From Candidatus Eiseniibacteriota bacterium (GTDB lineage: Bacteria; Arandabacterota; Arandabacteria; Arandabacterales; Arandabacteraceae): DNA of 51,639 bases. The stretch lies in the NCBI GenBank assembly GCA_043810925.1, contig JBDRNT010000172.1, positions 1 through 51,639 on the forward strand, read 5' to 3'. A program made the position numbers and the translations under genes. Shown piece after piece: positions 37,160-45,048 of the stretch. Position 1 is the stretch's first letter, and each line of letters starts with the position of its first letter. The notes beneath the pieces were generated by a model. That model ran no database searches. It had not been told where the DNA came from and saw nothing but the letters and a program-made list of their open reading frames with translations.

Positions 37160-37183
37160 GGATTCCCACCGGACAAGCGATAG

Positions 37184-37212
37184 TTGAGTGTGCACCTCAG
37201 TTGTGCTATAAT
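37184..37212 (+). promoter_or_regulatory. Sigma70-type promoter for the carboxypeptidase gene
   Basis: TTGAGT (37184-37189), 17 nt, TATAAT (37207-37212), with TG at 37204-37205. Confidence 0.65.
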
Positions 37213-37245
37213 CAAGGGTACGCCAAATTTGAAAGCAGGTGACTC

Positions 37246-39906
37246 GTGAGACATCAATGGGTGAACTACGCTCTCTTGCTTTTCGCCTCAGTAGTTATGG
37301 CCGGCACCGCTGCGGCGGCCGGCTTCGAAGCCGATATCGTTCCTTTTTCAGACAAGTTCCCGGTGGAGATCCGGGTCGCTGACCGCGAGTCGGTCTCCAG
37401 ACTGGCAAGTCTCGGAATCGACATCGACGCGGTAGAAGAAGGCGTCGTCCGGGCATACGTAAACCAGACCGAACTCGAGTCGATCGAGCTCTTAGGGTAC
37501 GCCGTGGAGCCCGTACCCAACCAGGCCCTCAGGATGTGGCGTTTGCTTGAAGAAGCGGAAGGGGAGAAGGATACCTATCACGATTACGATGCGATGACAA
37601 CATATCTCCAGGGGGTCGTTACCGATCACCCCACGACTACACGCCTCGTCTCTATCGGCCAGACCGTACAGGGGCGAGAACTCTGGTTCATCAAGATCAC
37701 CGACAACCCTGACGCGGAGGAGGATGAGCCGGAGTTTAAGTACATCGCGACCATGCATGGCGACGAGCCTGTGGGGACCGAGAATTGTCTTAAGCTCGTC
37801 GATCTTCTGACGGACAATTACGACTCGGGCACGCCCGATCCCGATCTTGAGCTGCTTGTCGACGAAGTCGAGCTCTGGATCATGCCCATGATGAACCCTG
37901 ATGGTAACAACGCGGGAGGCCGCTATAACGCCAACGGGGAGGACCTCAACCGGAATTTCCCGGACTCGATCGACGATCCGGTCAACACGCCTGCCGGGCG
38001 GGAGCCTGAGACCGGGGCCGTGATGATGTTCTCGGATTCGATGTCGTTCGATCTTTCGGCAAACTTCCACGGGGGTGCCCTGGTGGTCAACTATCCCTCG
38101 GACAACCGTCCGGAGCGGACGCCCGATGACAGTCTTTTCATCAGTATGTCGGAGGCTTATTCAATCCATAACACGCCCATGTGGAACAGCCCGTCTTTCT
38201 ATCATGGAATCACCAACGGCTGGGACTGGTATGAGACCCACGGCAACATGCAGGACTGGAACTATGACTTCATGCATAACAAGGAAGTGACCATCGAGAT
38301 AAGCAACGACAAGTGGCCGCCCGCTTCGGAGTTGCCCGGTTTCTGGGACGATAACCGGGAATCCATGATCGCCTATCTCGAGTACTGCCTGCGTGGGGTG
38401 CGTGGTGTGGTCACAGACTCCGTGACCGGTGCCCCGCTCCTTGCGACGGTCTCCGTGGGCGGGAACGCCTGGGACGATTGGACCGATCCCGACGTAGGTG
38501 ATTATCACCGGATTCTTAACCCGGGTTCGTACTCACTGGAATTCTCTTGTCCTGGCTATGTGACGAAGCAGGTTCCGGGTGTTGTGGTGACAGCCGACTC
38601 CGCTACGGTTCTTGATGTGGAACTGGCTGTGGCAGAAGCAGTGACCGTGACGGGGACGGTTGCATCGGACACGATGTCGCCGCTCCCGGCAAGCGTTGAT
38701 GCCTACTATCACCCAGGTGGAGAACTTGCCGACAGTACAAGTACCGATCCCTCCGACGGCTCATACAGCCTGGATCTCACCCAGGGCGAGTACGATCTTG
38801 AAGTCCGGGCGGACGGCTTTGCTCCCGAGTATCTGCAAGCCACCATCTTGAGTGACACCACATTTGGCTTTGTGCTGGTACCGGTGTCGGGCATGATACT
38901 GGTCATCAGTGACGATTCAGGTATGCGACTGCTTTCCAAGTCAGGGGAGTCTGGAATCGAGTATTACGAGAAGGATGCCACACTCGCTGCCTCAGATATC
39001 GCAAGTGATCTCGAGATGCTCGGCTACAGCGCCGTCGAGGAACCGGCTGCCACCACGGACCCCAAGACCTGGGGTGCATATGATCTTGTCGTCTGGTCGA
39101 GCGGGAGCAATACCTCACCCGTAAGTTCAGTGGCGTACAGGGACAACCTGATTGACTTCGTTTCGGCTGATGGACTTCTGCTCATAGAAGGCGGTGAAAC
39201 TGCATACGATGCCGCCAGCAGTCCGGGTTACCCAAATTTCGCCGACTCCGTGCTTCATACGGACGTGTGGCATGGGGATAACGTGGGCGCACTCGGGATC
39301 GACGGGAGCCAGACAGGGCATCCGATTGCCACTGAGCCCAATCCACTTCCCGGAACGATTGCAATCACCTACTCCGGGTATGGTGATGAGGATGCTGCTC
39401 GTCCTGCCGGAGGCGCATACATTATCTACGGGACAGCCTCATACCCGGCTGATGCGGGTGTACTGGTGTATGATGATGGTGGGGCAGGCGGGAATGGGGG
39501 TACTGTGTTCTTCCCGTTCTCATACTCGGCAGTGAGCGACAGGGGAGTCGCACGCGACCTGCTTGAAAACGCCATCATCTATCTTAAGGATGATCTCGCG
39601 AGTGTCGGGAACATTCCGGTTGCAAACGCCGGGGTAGACCTGAATTGTGTGTCTCCCAACCCATTCGGACCTGCTACGAAGATTTCATTTTCGGCAGTGT
39701 CCCGGGAGCATGTGCGTCTGGCGATCTACGAGGTCCGTGGCAGAGCCGTAAGAACCCTCATCGACCACTCGGTTGAGCCCGGGCTTCATGAGATCACCTG
39801 GGATGGAAGAGATGCAAGCGGCCGTGAGATGGGCCCCGGGATATACTTCTGCAGGCTGACGGGGGCCGAGACTGAGCGGACGCATAAGACCGTCAAACTG
39901 AGATAG
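37246..39906 (+). CDS. Secreted M14 zinc carboxypeptidase (CPD/N/E-like) with carboxypeptidase-regulatory domains and a C-terminal FlgD-Ig/T9SS-like domain
   Basis: Signal peptide; MHGDE, MNPDG, RYNANGEDLNRNF, ANFHGG, MQDWNY and TIEIS motifs; C-terminal SPNPF..T.I.F...IYEVRGRAVRTL...WDGRD...GIYFCRL. Confidence 0.92.
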   Translation: MRHQWVNYALLLFASVVMAGTAAAAGFEADIVPFSDKFPVEIRVADRESVSRLASLGIDIDAVEEGVVRAYVNQTELESIELLGYAVEPVPNQALRMWRLLEEAEGEKDTYHDYDAMTTYLQGVVTDHPTTTRLVSIGQTVQGRELWFIKITDNPDAEEDEPEFKYIATMHGDEPVGTENCLKLVDLLTDNYDSGTPDPDLELLVDEVELWIMPMMNPDGNNAGGRYNANGEDLNRNFPDSIDDPVNTPAGREPETGAVMMFSDSMSFDLSANFHGGALVVNYPSDNRPERTPDDSLFISMSEAYSIHNTPMWNSPSFYHGITNGWDWYETHGNMQDWNYDFMHNKEVTIEISNDKWPPASELPGFWDDNRESMIAYLEYCLRGVRGVVTDSVTGAPLLATVSVGGNAWDDWTDPDVGDYHRILNPGSYSLEFSCPGYVTKQVPGVVVTADSATVLDVELAVAEAVTVTGTVASDTMSPLPASVDAYYHPGGELADSTSTDPSDGSYSLDLTQGEYDLEVRADGFAPEYLQATILSDTTFGFVLVPVSGMILVISDDSGMRLLSKSGESGIEYYEKDATLAASDIASDLEMLGYSAVEEPAATTDPKTWGAYDLVVWSSGSNTSPVSSVAYRDNLIDFVSADGLLLIEGGETAYDAASSPGYPNFADSVLHTDVWHGDNVGALGIDGSQTGHPIATEPNPLPGTIAITYSGYGDEDAARPAGGAYIIYGTASYPADAGVLVYDDGGAGGNGGTVFFPFSYSAVSDRGVARDLLENAIIYLKDDLASVGNIPVANAGVDLNCVSPNPFGPATKISFSAVSREHVRLAIYEVRGRAVRTLIDHSVEPGLHEITWDGRDASGREMGPGIYFCRLTGAETERTHKTVKLR

Positions 39907-39909
39907 CAT

Positions 39910-39975
39910 AATTCGGTGCCAGCTTACTAATTACTGCTGAGGTCCAGTGCAAAATTGTTAAGCTGGCACCGAATT
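39910..39975. repeat. 17-bp perfect inverted repeat (REPIN-like, possibly a terminator)
   Basis: AATTCGGTGCCAGCTTA (39910-39926) and TAAGCTGGCACCGAATT (39959-39975) with a 32-nt spacer. A tandem CCGAATTCTTT x2 (39969-39990) overlaps the right arm. Confidence 0.85.
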
Positions 39976-39992
39976 CTTTCCGAATTCTTTGG

Positions 39993-40022
39993 TTGAATCG
40001 CTGCACCGGAATGGTGTATAAT
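39993..40022 (+). promoter_or_regulatory. Sigma70-type promoter for rhodanese 1
   Basis: TTGAAT, 18 nt, TATAAT. Confidence 0.55.
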
Positions 40023-40092
40023 ATAGATTGAAGCGCATCCGAGAATCGGAATGCTGCGGGAGCGTGGTTTTTGCGGGACCGGAGGGCCACAT

Positions 40093-40533
40093 ATGAAACC
40101 GTCCTTCATAGCGTTCTTGCTCGTTGTGTTTGCATGTTTGCCCGCATACCCTCACGCGGATAAGACACCTACCGAGGTCAAGGCGATGCTTGATGGTGGT
40201 GGGGAGCAGATTACCGTGGATGTGAGGGAGGAGTTGGAGTTCTGCAATACAACCGGCGAACCACCGGGCCACATCATGGGTTCGATCAATATGCCGTGGG
40301 ACTCGGGCTACCTCCAGACCCACTGCGGCGAACTCCCCATGGATAAGGACATAATAGTAGTCTGCCAGAGTGGTTACAGGAGCAATATGGCAGCTACATA
40401 CATGGAGCTGGCGGGTTACACGGCAGTTTTTGACATGCTTGGCGGCATGAACTACTGGGAGTGGGATACCGAGAGTTGCGACTCCGCGGTTGAACCCGGA
40501 ACCTGGGGTGCCGTCAAAGCCCTCTACAGATAG
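40093..40533 (+). CDS. Secreted single-domain rhodanese with a TWGAVKALYR C-terminus
   Basis: Signal peptide MKPSFIAFLLVVFACLPAYP; VDVRE..EF, GHI.GSIN, catalytic VCQSGYRS and DMLGGM..W. ATG 40093 follows GGAGGG. Confidence 0.9.
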   Translation: MKPSFIAFLLVVFACLPAYPHADKTPTEVKAMLDGGGEQITVDVREELEFCNTTGEPPGHIMGSINMPWDSGYLQTHCGELPMDKDIIVVCQSGYRSNMAATYMELAGYTAVFDMLGGMNYWEWDTESCDSAVEPGTWGAVKALYR

Positions 40534-40595
40534 ATCAGAGGGGGTCTCTCGGACTTAACCCCCGCAACCAATCACCCAGTGGTGCGTCAAAGAGA

Positions 40596-40624
40596 TTGAG
40601 TGGCCATCCAGAATAGTGTAGAAT
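40596..40624 (+). promoter_or_regulatory. Sigma70-type promoter for rhodanese 2
   Basis: TTGAGT, 17 nt, TAGAAT; similar in sequence to the promoter at 39993. Confidence 0.55.
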
Positions 40625-40677
40625 AAAGCATATAGTGATCGCCACGCCTCTGCCTGATGAATCTCAGGAGGTCATAG

Positions 40678-41136
40678 ATGAGAATAGCGACAGCTATATT
40701 GGTGAGCATACTGCTTATCTACGGTCTGGCCTACTCGCACACAGACGTTACATCCGCTCAGGTCAAGGCCATACTTGACGCGGGCGGTAATGTTGTTGTG
40801 CTGGATGTGCGTGAGGAGTCCGAGTACTGCGATTCGACCCACACCCCGGCGGGTCATATCGCAGGCGCGATCAATATGCCTTGGAATTCAGGCTACCTTC
40901 AGGCCCACTACGGCGAGCTCGCGCCCGATGACAACACAATCGTAGTCTGTCGTAGCGGCGCCAGGAGTAATGCTGCGGCCAACTTCCTGGACGGTCTGGG
41001 CTTCACCCACGTCTTCGATATGCTCGGCGGCATGACCGCCTGGGGCTACACGACGGAGATCTGCGATTACTCCGGTGTTGTGACCCCAATCCCGGAAGCC
41101 AGGACCTGGGGATGCGTTAAAGCACTCTACAGGTAA
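40678..41136 (+). CDS. Secreted single-domain rhodanese paralog with a TWGCVKALYR C-terminus
   Basis: Signal peptide; LDVRE..EY, GHIAGAIN, VCRSGARS and DMLGGM..W; AGGAGG SD. Confidence 0.92.
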   Translation: MRIATAILVSILLIYGLAYSHTDVTSAQVKAILDAGGNVVVLDVREESEYCDSTHTPAGHIAGAINMPWNSGYLQAHYGELAPDDNTIVVCRSGARSNAAANFLDGLGFTHVFDMLGGMTAWGYTTEICDYSGVVTPIPEARTWGCVKALYR

Positions 41137-41177
41137 TTGCGGGTCTTCTCCATCAATTCCATGTGGTTCCTCTGCAG

Positions 41178-41205
41178 GTGACCCCTAAGTGGTCACATGT
41201 TTTTT
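41178..41205 (+). terminator. Possible intrinsic terminator after rhodanese 2
   Basis: GTGACC-7 nt-GGTCAC stem followed by ATGTTTTTT. Confidence 0.45.
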
Positions 41206-41269
41206 GCTTGACCGCGCAGGCCTCTTACTGAACAATCGGGCCAGATCAGTTCAGTAGGAGGTGATTCCT

Positions 41270-41476
41270 TTGAAAATCTGTTTCTGTCGTTTCCTGCTTG
41301 CGGCGGCAATCTTTGTGCTCGCGATAATATGGTGGCCTGCCGCATGGGCGAAGACCGTCATTATTGTCGCGTCGGCGATCCTGGCGGTGATGAGTCTCTT
41401 CTATAACGTCTGTTGCTGCCGTAAGAACAAAGAGAAAGAGGCTTGCTGCACGCCGCCTAAAGGATCGGGACAATAG
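41270..41476 (+). CDS. Small two-TM Cys-rich membrane protein
   Basis: Strong SD AGGAGGTGA, then TTG 41270. Two hydrophobic helices plus CxC, CCC and CC. Confidence 0.7.
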   Translation: MKICFCRFLLAAAIFVLAIIWWPAAWAKTVIIVASAILAVMSLFYNVCCCRKNKEKEACCTPPKGSGQ

Positions 41477-41641
41477 ATCCGACATAGCCTCAGATACTTA
41501 AGAGCCGACTGGGAAGCCGATACCATACGGGACGACTTCCGCAACTTTCTGAAGTCTGGGCCTCTGCCTGCCTGTGTATTATCTTAATCGGAGGGATTAC
41601 GTATTTTGAAGGGCTGTTAGTGCCCGGAGAGAGACACGCAT

Positions 41642-41938
41642 ATGGATACGAGAAAGCGTTCCTGGGTTAAGTCGCTGACGTGGCGGTTATTCGGGATAGC
41701 GTTGCTGGGTATCATATCACTGTTGATAACCAAGAACTGGAAGCAGATGACGGTCATCACCGGGCTCTTCCATGCTATCCGCCTGATACTGTATTACTAC
41801 CATGAGCGGATCTGGGAGCGGGTTTCGTGGGGGAAAGTGAAGCACCCGCTTGCGGAGCTCCCTGTCAACCGGAGCCTTACTCCTGAAGATCTTGAGATAG
41901 TCAGAGAGAAACTGAAAGGGCTCGGCTACATCGATTAG
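41642..41938 (+). CDS. DUF2061-domain small membrane protein
   Basis: RS.VKSLTWR and YYYHERIWERVSWG motifs; C-terminal LKGLGYID. Confidence 0.8.
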   Translation: MDTRKRSWVKSLTWRLFGIALLGIISLLITKNWKQMTVITGLFHAIRLILYYYHERIWERVSWGKVKHPLAELPVNRSLTPEDLEIVREKLKGLGYID

Positions 41939-41958
41939 AAAGAGACGAAGAGAACAGA

Positions 41959-42035
41959 TGGTACGCCCGGCGGGATTCGAACCCACGGCCTATGGCTCCG
42001 GAGGCCATCGCTCTATCCAGCTGAGCTACGGGCGC
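41959..42035 (-). tRNA. tRNA-Arg(CCG)
   Basis: Minus strand GCGCCCGTAGCTCAGCTGGATAGAGCGATGGCCT-CCG-GAGCCATAGGCCGTGGGTTCGAATCCCGCCGGGCGTACCA; full cloverleaf with encoded CCA. Confidence 0.97.
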
Positions 42036-42036
42036 A

Positions 42037-43260
42037 CTAAAAACGGTAGGCTACTGTCAGGATGATCCTGCTTATCGTCCGCTTCTCGTTGTACTGAACG
42101 TCTCCGAGGATCTCCCGCTCGTACCCGGTCCGTTGCCATGCAAGGTCAACAGCCACCGTCGATTCTATGATGGCACCGGCACCCAGCGAAAAAGCCTTTC
42201 TGTCTTTTACAACATCGTACCAGATGAGTTCAAGTGGAATGTGCGCATAGCCCGCTCTGAATCTTAGAGGATAGGCAGGCACGGTGTACTCAACCCCGCA
42301 CCTGAGATCGATAGTGGAATCATACAGGTACTCATCGGTATCGGGGTCTCGGGTGAACCCGGGATAATCGAGTTCGTTCCAGTTGGTGTAGTAGGCGTCA
42401 GCGGTAACAAGAAACGTCGCCGGCATAAACGCAACACCGGCTCCCATCGAATAGGGGAGGGTCGCCCGGTCATCGACGATGAAGAACTCGCCGCTGCAAG
42501 TCTCGAAAGGCTCGACGATATCACCCTTGAGTGTAATCCGCTGGGGGCTTCTCAGGAGGAGTCCCATACTCGCAAGAGGTATGGGCTGATACTGAAGACC
42601 GAAGCTCGCCCCGTATCCGCCTAAGTCGGTATCCCAGTCGAACTGCGCATTCTCACAGTCGTTCCAGGGATCCCAGACATCGTTCCTGGTGTAATCACCC
42701 GTAAACGCGTGCGCCTCGAAACCCACAAAGGCTTGGGGAGATACCTGCATCGCAATTGCCCCCGCCCATGCCGTCAAGGCCCCACCTGTTTCCTCGGCAT
42801 CCCGGTACCTGGGACCGGGAAAACTGGTGACCTCTCTCACACTGTAGGTATCAAGCAAATGGGTCCTGAAGACGGATCCCGCAAGCACCAGGCTTCCACG
42901 GTAGGTGGGAAGCGGAAACGAAAGCGCGAGTTCCCTGAGCCTCGTTGAAGACACCGACCTTGAGGCTCGCCCGCCGTACCACTCGGTATCGATATCGTAT
43001 GACTCCTTCTGAAAGGTCGTCAGCAATTCTATTCGTCTTATCTTGGCTAGACCCGCCGGATTCATATAAAGGGCCGAGCCGTCATCAACGGCGGCAATGC
43101 AGGCTCCACCCATCGCCGTCCAGCGCGCACCAAGCGCATCCCTGGCAAGGAAGGGCATTTCAAGGTTGGAGGGGGGACGCGGTTCCTGGCCGGTTGCGCA
43201 GAACGCCTGGGAGCCGGCGGCCAGGATTAGAGCCAGCCCGAGCGTAGCGAATGTCTTCAT
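42037..43260 (-). CDS. Outer-membrane beta-barrel, FadL/OmpP1/PorV-like
   Basis: Signal peptide; GAR..AMGGA..A..DD.SALY.NPAGL hatch motif; amphipathic strands; C-terminal YRF. Confidence 0.85.
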   Translation of the reverse strand: MKTFATLGLALILAAGSQAFCATGQEPRPPSNLEMPFLARDALGARWTAMGGACIAAVDDGSALYMNPAGLAKIRRIELLTTFQKESYDIDTEWYGGRASRSVSSTRLRELALSFPLPTYRGSLVLAGSVFRTHLLDTYSVREVTSFPGPRYRDAEETGGALTAWAGAIAMQVSPQAFVGFEAHAFTGDYTRNDVWDPWNDCENAQFDWDTDLGGYGASFGLQYQPIPLASMGLLLRSPQRITLKGDIVEPFETCSGEFFIVDDRATLPYSMGAGVAFMPATFLVTADAYYTNWNELDYPGFTRDPDTDEYLYDSTIDLRCGVEYTVPAYPLRFRAGYAHIPLELIWYDVVKDRKAFSLGAGAIIESTVAVDLAWQRTGYEREILGDVQYNEKRTISRIILTVAYRF

Positions 43261-43799
43261 CACTTGTCCTTTGACTTGCGTTCCTCTTTTTTGGGCTCCT
43301 CGTCGTCCTTAGGCTTCTCCACCGGCCTCCTGGGCTGGAAAAGGTCTCTTTTCTTCTCGCTCTTGACTCGTTCCGTCTCGCCCTGACCCGTTGCAGGGCC
43401 CGTACCCGGAGACTGGGGTGTTTCCTTTACCTTCCCACCTGTGCCCCCCGGCAGTCCGGGCGTAGGATCGCCGGTAGATGTGCGAGGCTGCCACAGACTG
43501 CCCCTCTCACCGGCGACTCCGTCACCCCCGTGGCCGTCATCATCCCAGTACCAGTAGTCATCCCACCACCAGGGATTGCCGTAGTAAGATCGCCAGTAGG
43601 GCGAGCGCCAGTTCCACGTATTGTAATAGGGGTTATGCCAGTAGTAGTAATCGGTGCTCGCGTGGCAGTCGGAGCAATGCCGTACCGTCTGGCCGGTATC
43701 CCATGAGGCATCCGTTGTGGGATGGGCCAGCATCGTGTAGCATCCCGCAAAAACCAGACCGAAAAGTGCCGCAGCCAGAAGCCATCCGACGGTTTTCAT
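43260..43799 (-). CDS. Lipoprotein with a CxxCH motif, a Trp/Tyr-rich segment and a low-complexity tail
   Basis: ATG 43799 follows GAAGGAAG; lipobox FAG-C; CSDCH. The upstream part of the track ORF overlaps oadB in another frame and is discarded. Confidence 0.8.
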   Translation of the reverse strand: MKTVGWLLAAALFGLVFAGCYTMLAHPTTDASWDTGQTVRHCSDCHASTDYYYWHNPYYNTWNWRSPYWRSYYGNPWWWDDYWYWDDDGHGGDGVAGERGSLWQPRTSTGDPTPGLPGGTGGKVKETPQSPGTGPATGQGETERVKSEKKRDLFQPRRPVEKPKDDEEPKKEERKSKDK

Positions 43800-43840
43800 A
43801 TCACCACTTCCTTCGCGTGCGGCAGACCTGCTTCCATATA

Positions 43841-43870
43841 ATAATATCGTCATAAGAAGTCGAGTGTCAA
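43841..43870 (-). promoter_or_regulatory. Sigma70-type promoter for the lipoprotein-barrel-tRNA unit
   Basis: Minus strand TTGACA (43870-43865), 18 nt, TATTAT (43846-43841). Confidence 0.55.
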
Positions 43871-43876
43871 AGCTTT

Positions 43877-45037
43877 TCAGTGAGGCACCATGGAGAGCAG
43901 TACTCCTGCGGCGACGGCCGAGCCGATCACACCGGTCACATTCGGTCCCATTGCATGCATCAAGAGGGAATTGTGAGGATTGGCTCTTTCCCCTTCCGTC
44001 TGGACGACACGCGCCGCCATCGGGACCGCGCTTACCCCCGCAGCACCGATAAGGGGATTGATCTTGCCACCTGAGAGCCTGCACATGAGCTTACCAAGGA
44101 GCACCCCGGTGGCCGTACCGATTGCGAAGGCCACTGCCCCCAGGATGAGGATCGCGATCGTCTTATGTGTGAGGAAATACTGTCCTTGGAGCGTCGCCCC
44201 CACGGCAAGCCCCAGGAAGATCGTGACGATGTTTATGAGCTCGTTCTGTGCCGTCTTTGCGAGCCGCTCGACGACTCCCGATTCGCGCAGGAGATTCCCG
44301 AACATCAGCATCCCGATAAGAGGCACCGCCGATGGCACAAGCAGAACGCACAGGATGGTAACTGCAAAGGGAAAGAGCACCCGCTCCCGCCTTGTGACCT
44401 CACGCATCTGCTTCATCTCTATCCTGCGCTCCGCGGGGGTCGTCAAGAGTCTCATGATCGGAGGCTGGATTACGGGTACGAGTGCCATATATGAGTATGC
44501 CGCAATTGCCACCGGGCCCAGCAGGTGATCGGCCATCTTCGAGGTGAGATAGATGGCCGTCGGTCCGTCTGCACCTCCTATGATAGCGATCGAGCTTGCC
44601 TCGGGAAGCGTAAATGACAGGCCGAGCCATGGAATCTTGGCAAGGGCAAGAGCACCCAACAGGGTTCCGAAGATGCCGAACTGCGCAGCTGCACCCAGGA
44701 ATGCCGTTTTGGGGTTAGCTATCAGGGGCCCGAAATCCGTAAGCGCACCGATGCCGAGAAATATGAGAATTGGGAAAAGCCCCGGGTTGATCCCGAGGTC
44801 GTAGATGTGTCTGAACACGCCGCCTTCATCCATCATGCCTATCACGGGCACGTTGGTGAGGATGGCTCCGAATCCGATCGGTATAAGGAGGAGCGGCTCA
44901 TAACGCTTCTTAATCGCAAGGTAGATAAGGAGACAGCCGATGGCGATTACCACTACATTCTGATAGCTCAGACTGAGAACACCGAGCGATTCTATGAATC
45001 TCGCCAGAAGGTCTTCAGTTCCGTAAGTCGCTTCCAT
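43877..45037 (-). CDS. oadB: Na+-translocating decarboxylase beta subunit
   Basis: [44 protein letters not shown] and HAMGPNV motifs. Confidence 0.96.
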   Translation of the reverse strand: MEATYGTEDLLARFIESLGVLSLSYQNVVVIAIGCLLIYLAIKKRYEPLLLIPIGFGAILTNVPVIGMMDEGGVFRHIYDLGINPGLFPILIFLGIGALTDFGPLIANPKTAFLGAAAQFGIFGTLLGALALAKIPWLGLSFTLPEASSIAIIGGADGPTAIYLTSKMADHLLGPVAIAAYSYMALVPVIQPPIMRLLTTPAERRIEMKQMREVTRRERVLFPFAVTILCVLLVPSAVPLIGMLMFGNLLRESGVVERLAKTAQNELINIVTIFLGLAVGATLQGQYFLTHKTIAILILGAVAFAIGTATGVLLGKLMCRLSGGKINPLIGAAGVSAVPMAARVVQTEGERANPHNSLLMHAMGPNVTGVIGSAVAAGVLLSMVPH

Positions 45038-45048
45038 CGTCACTCCCC

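Noticed and set aside
41528..41551. CGGGACGACTTCCGCAACTTTCTG (RDDFRNFL) as a relic att site or recombinase tail near tRNA-Arg
   Set aside because: It resembles tails I recall from tRNA-targeting recombinases, but shares only CGGGA with the tRNA and has no associated ORF.
43800..44084. Cys-rich N-terminal 95 aa of the 274-aa track ORF
   Set aside because: It overlaps oadB out of frame and spans the promoter. The real lipoprotein starts at 43799.
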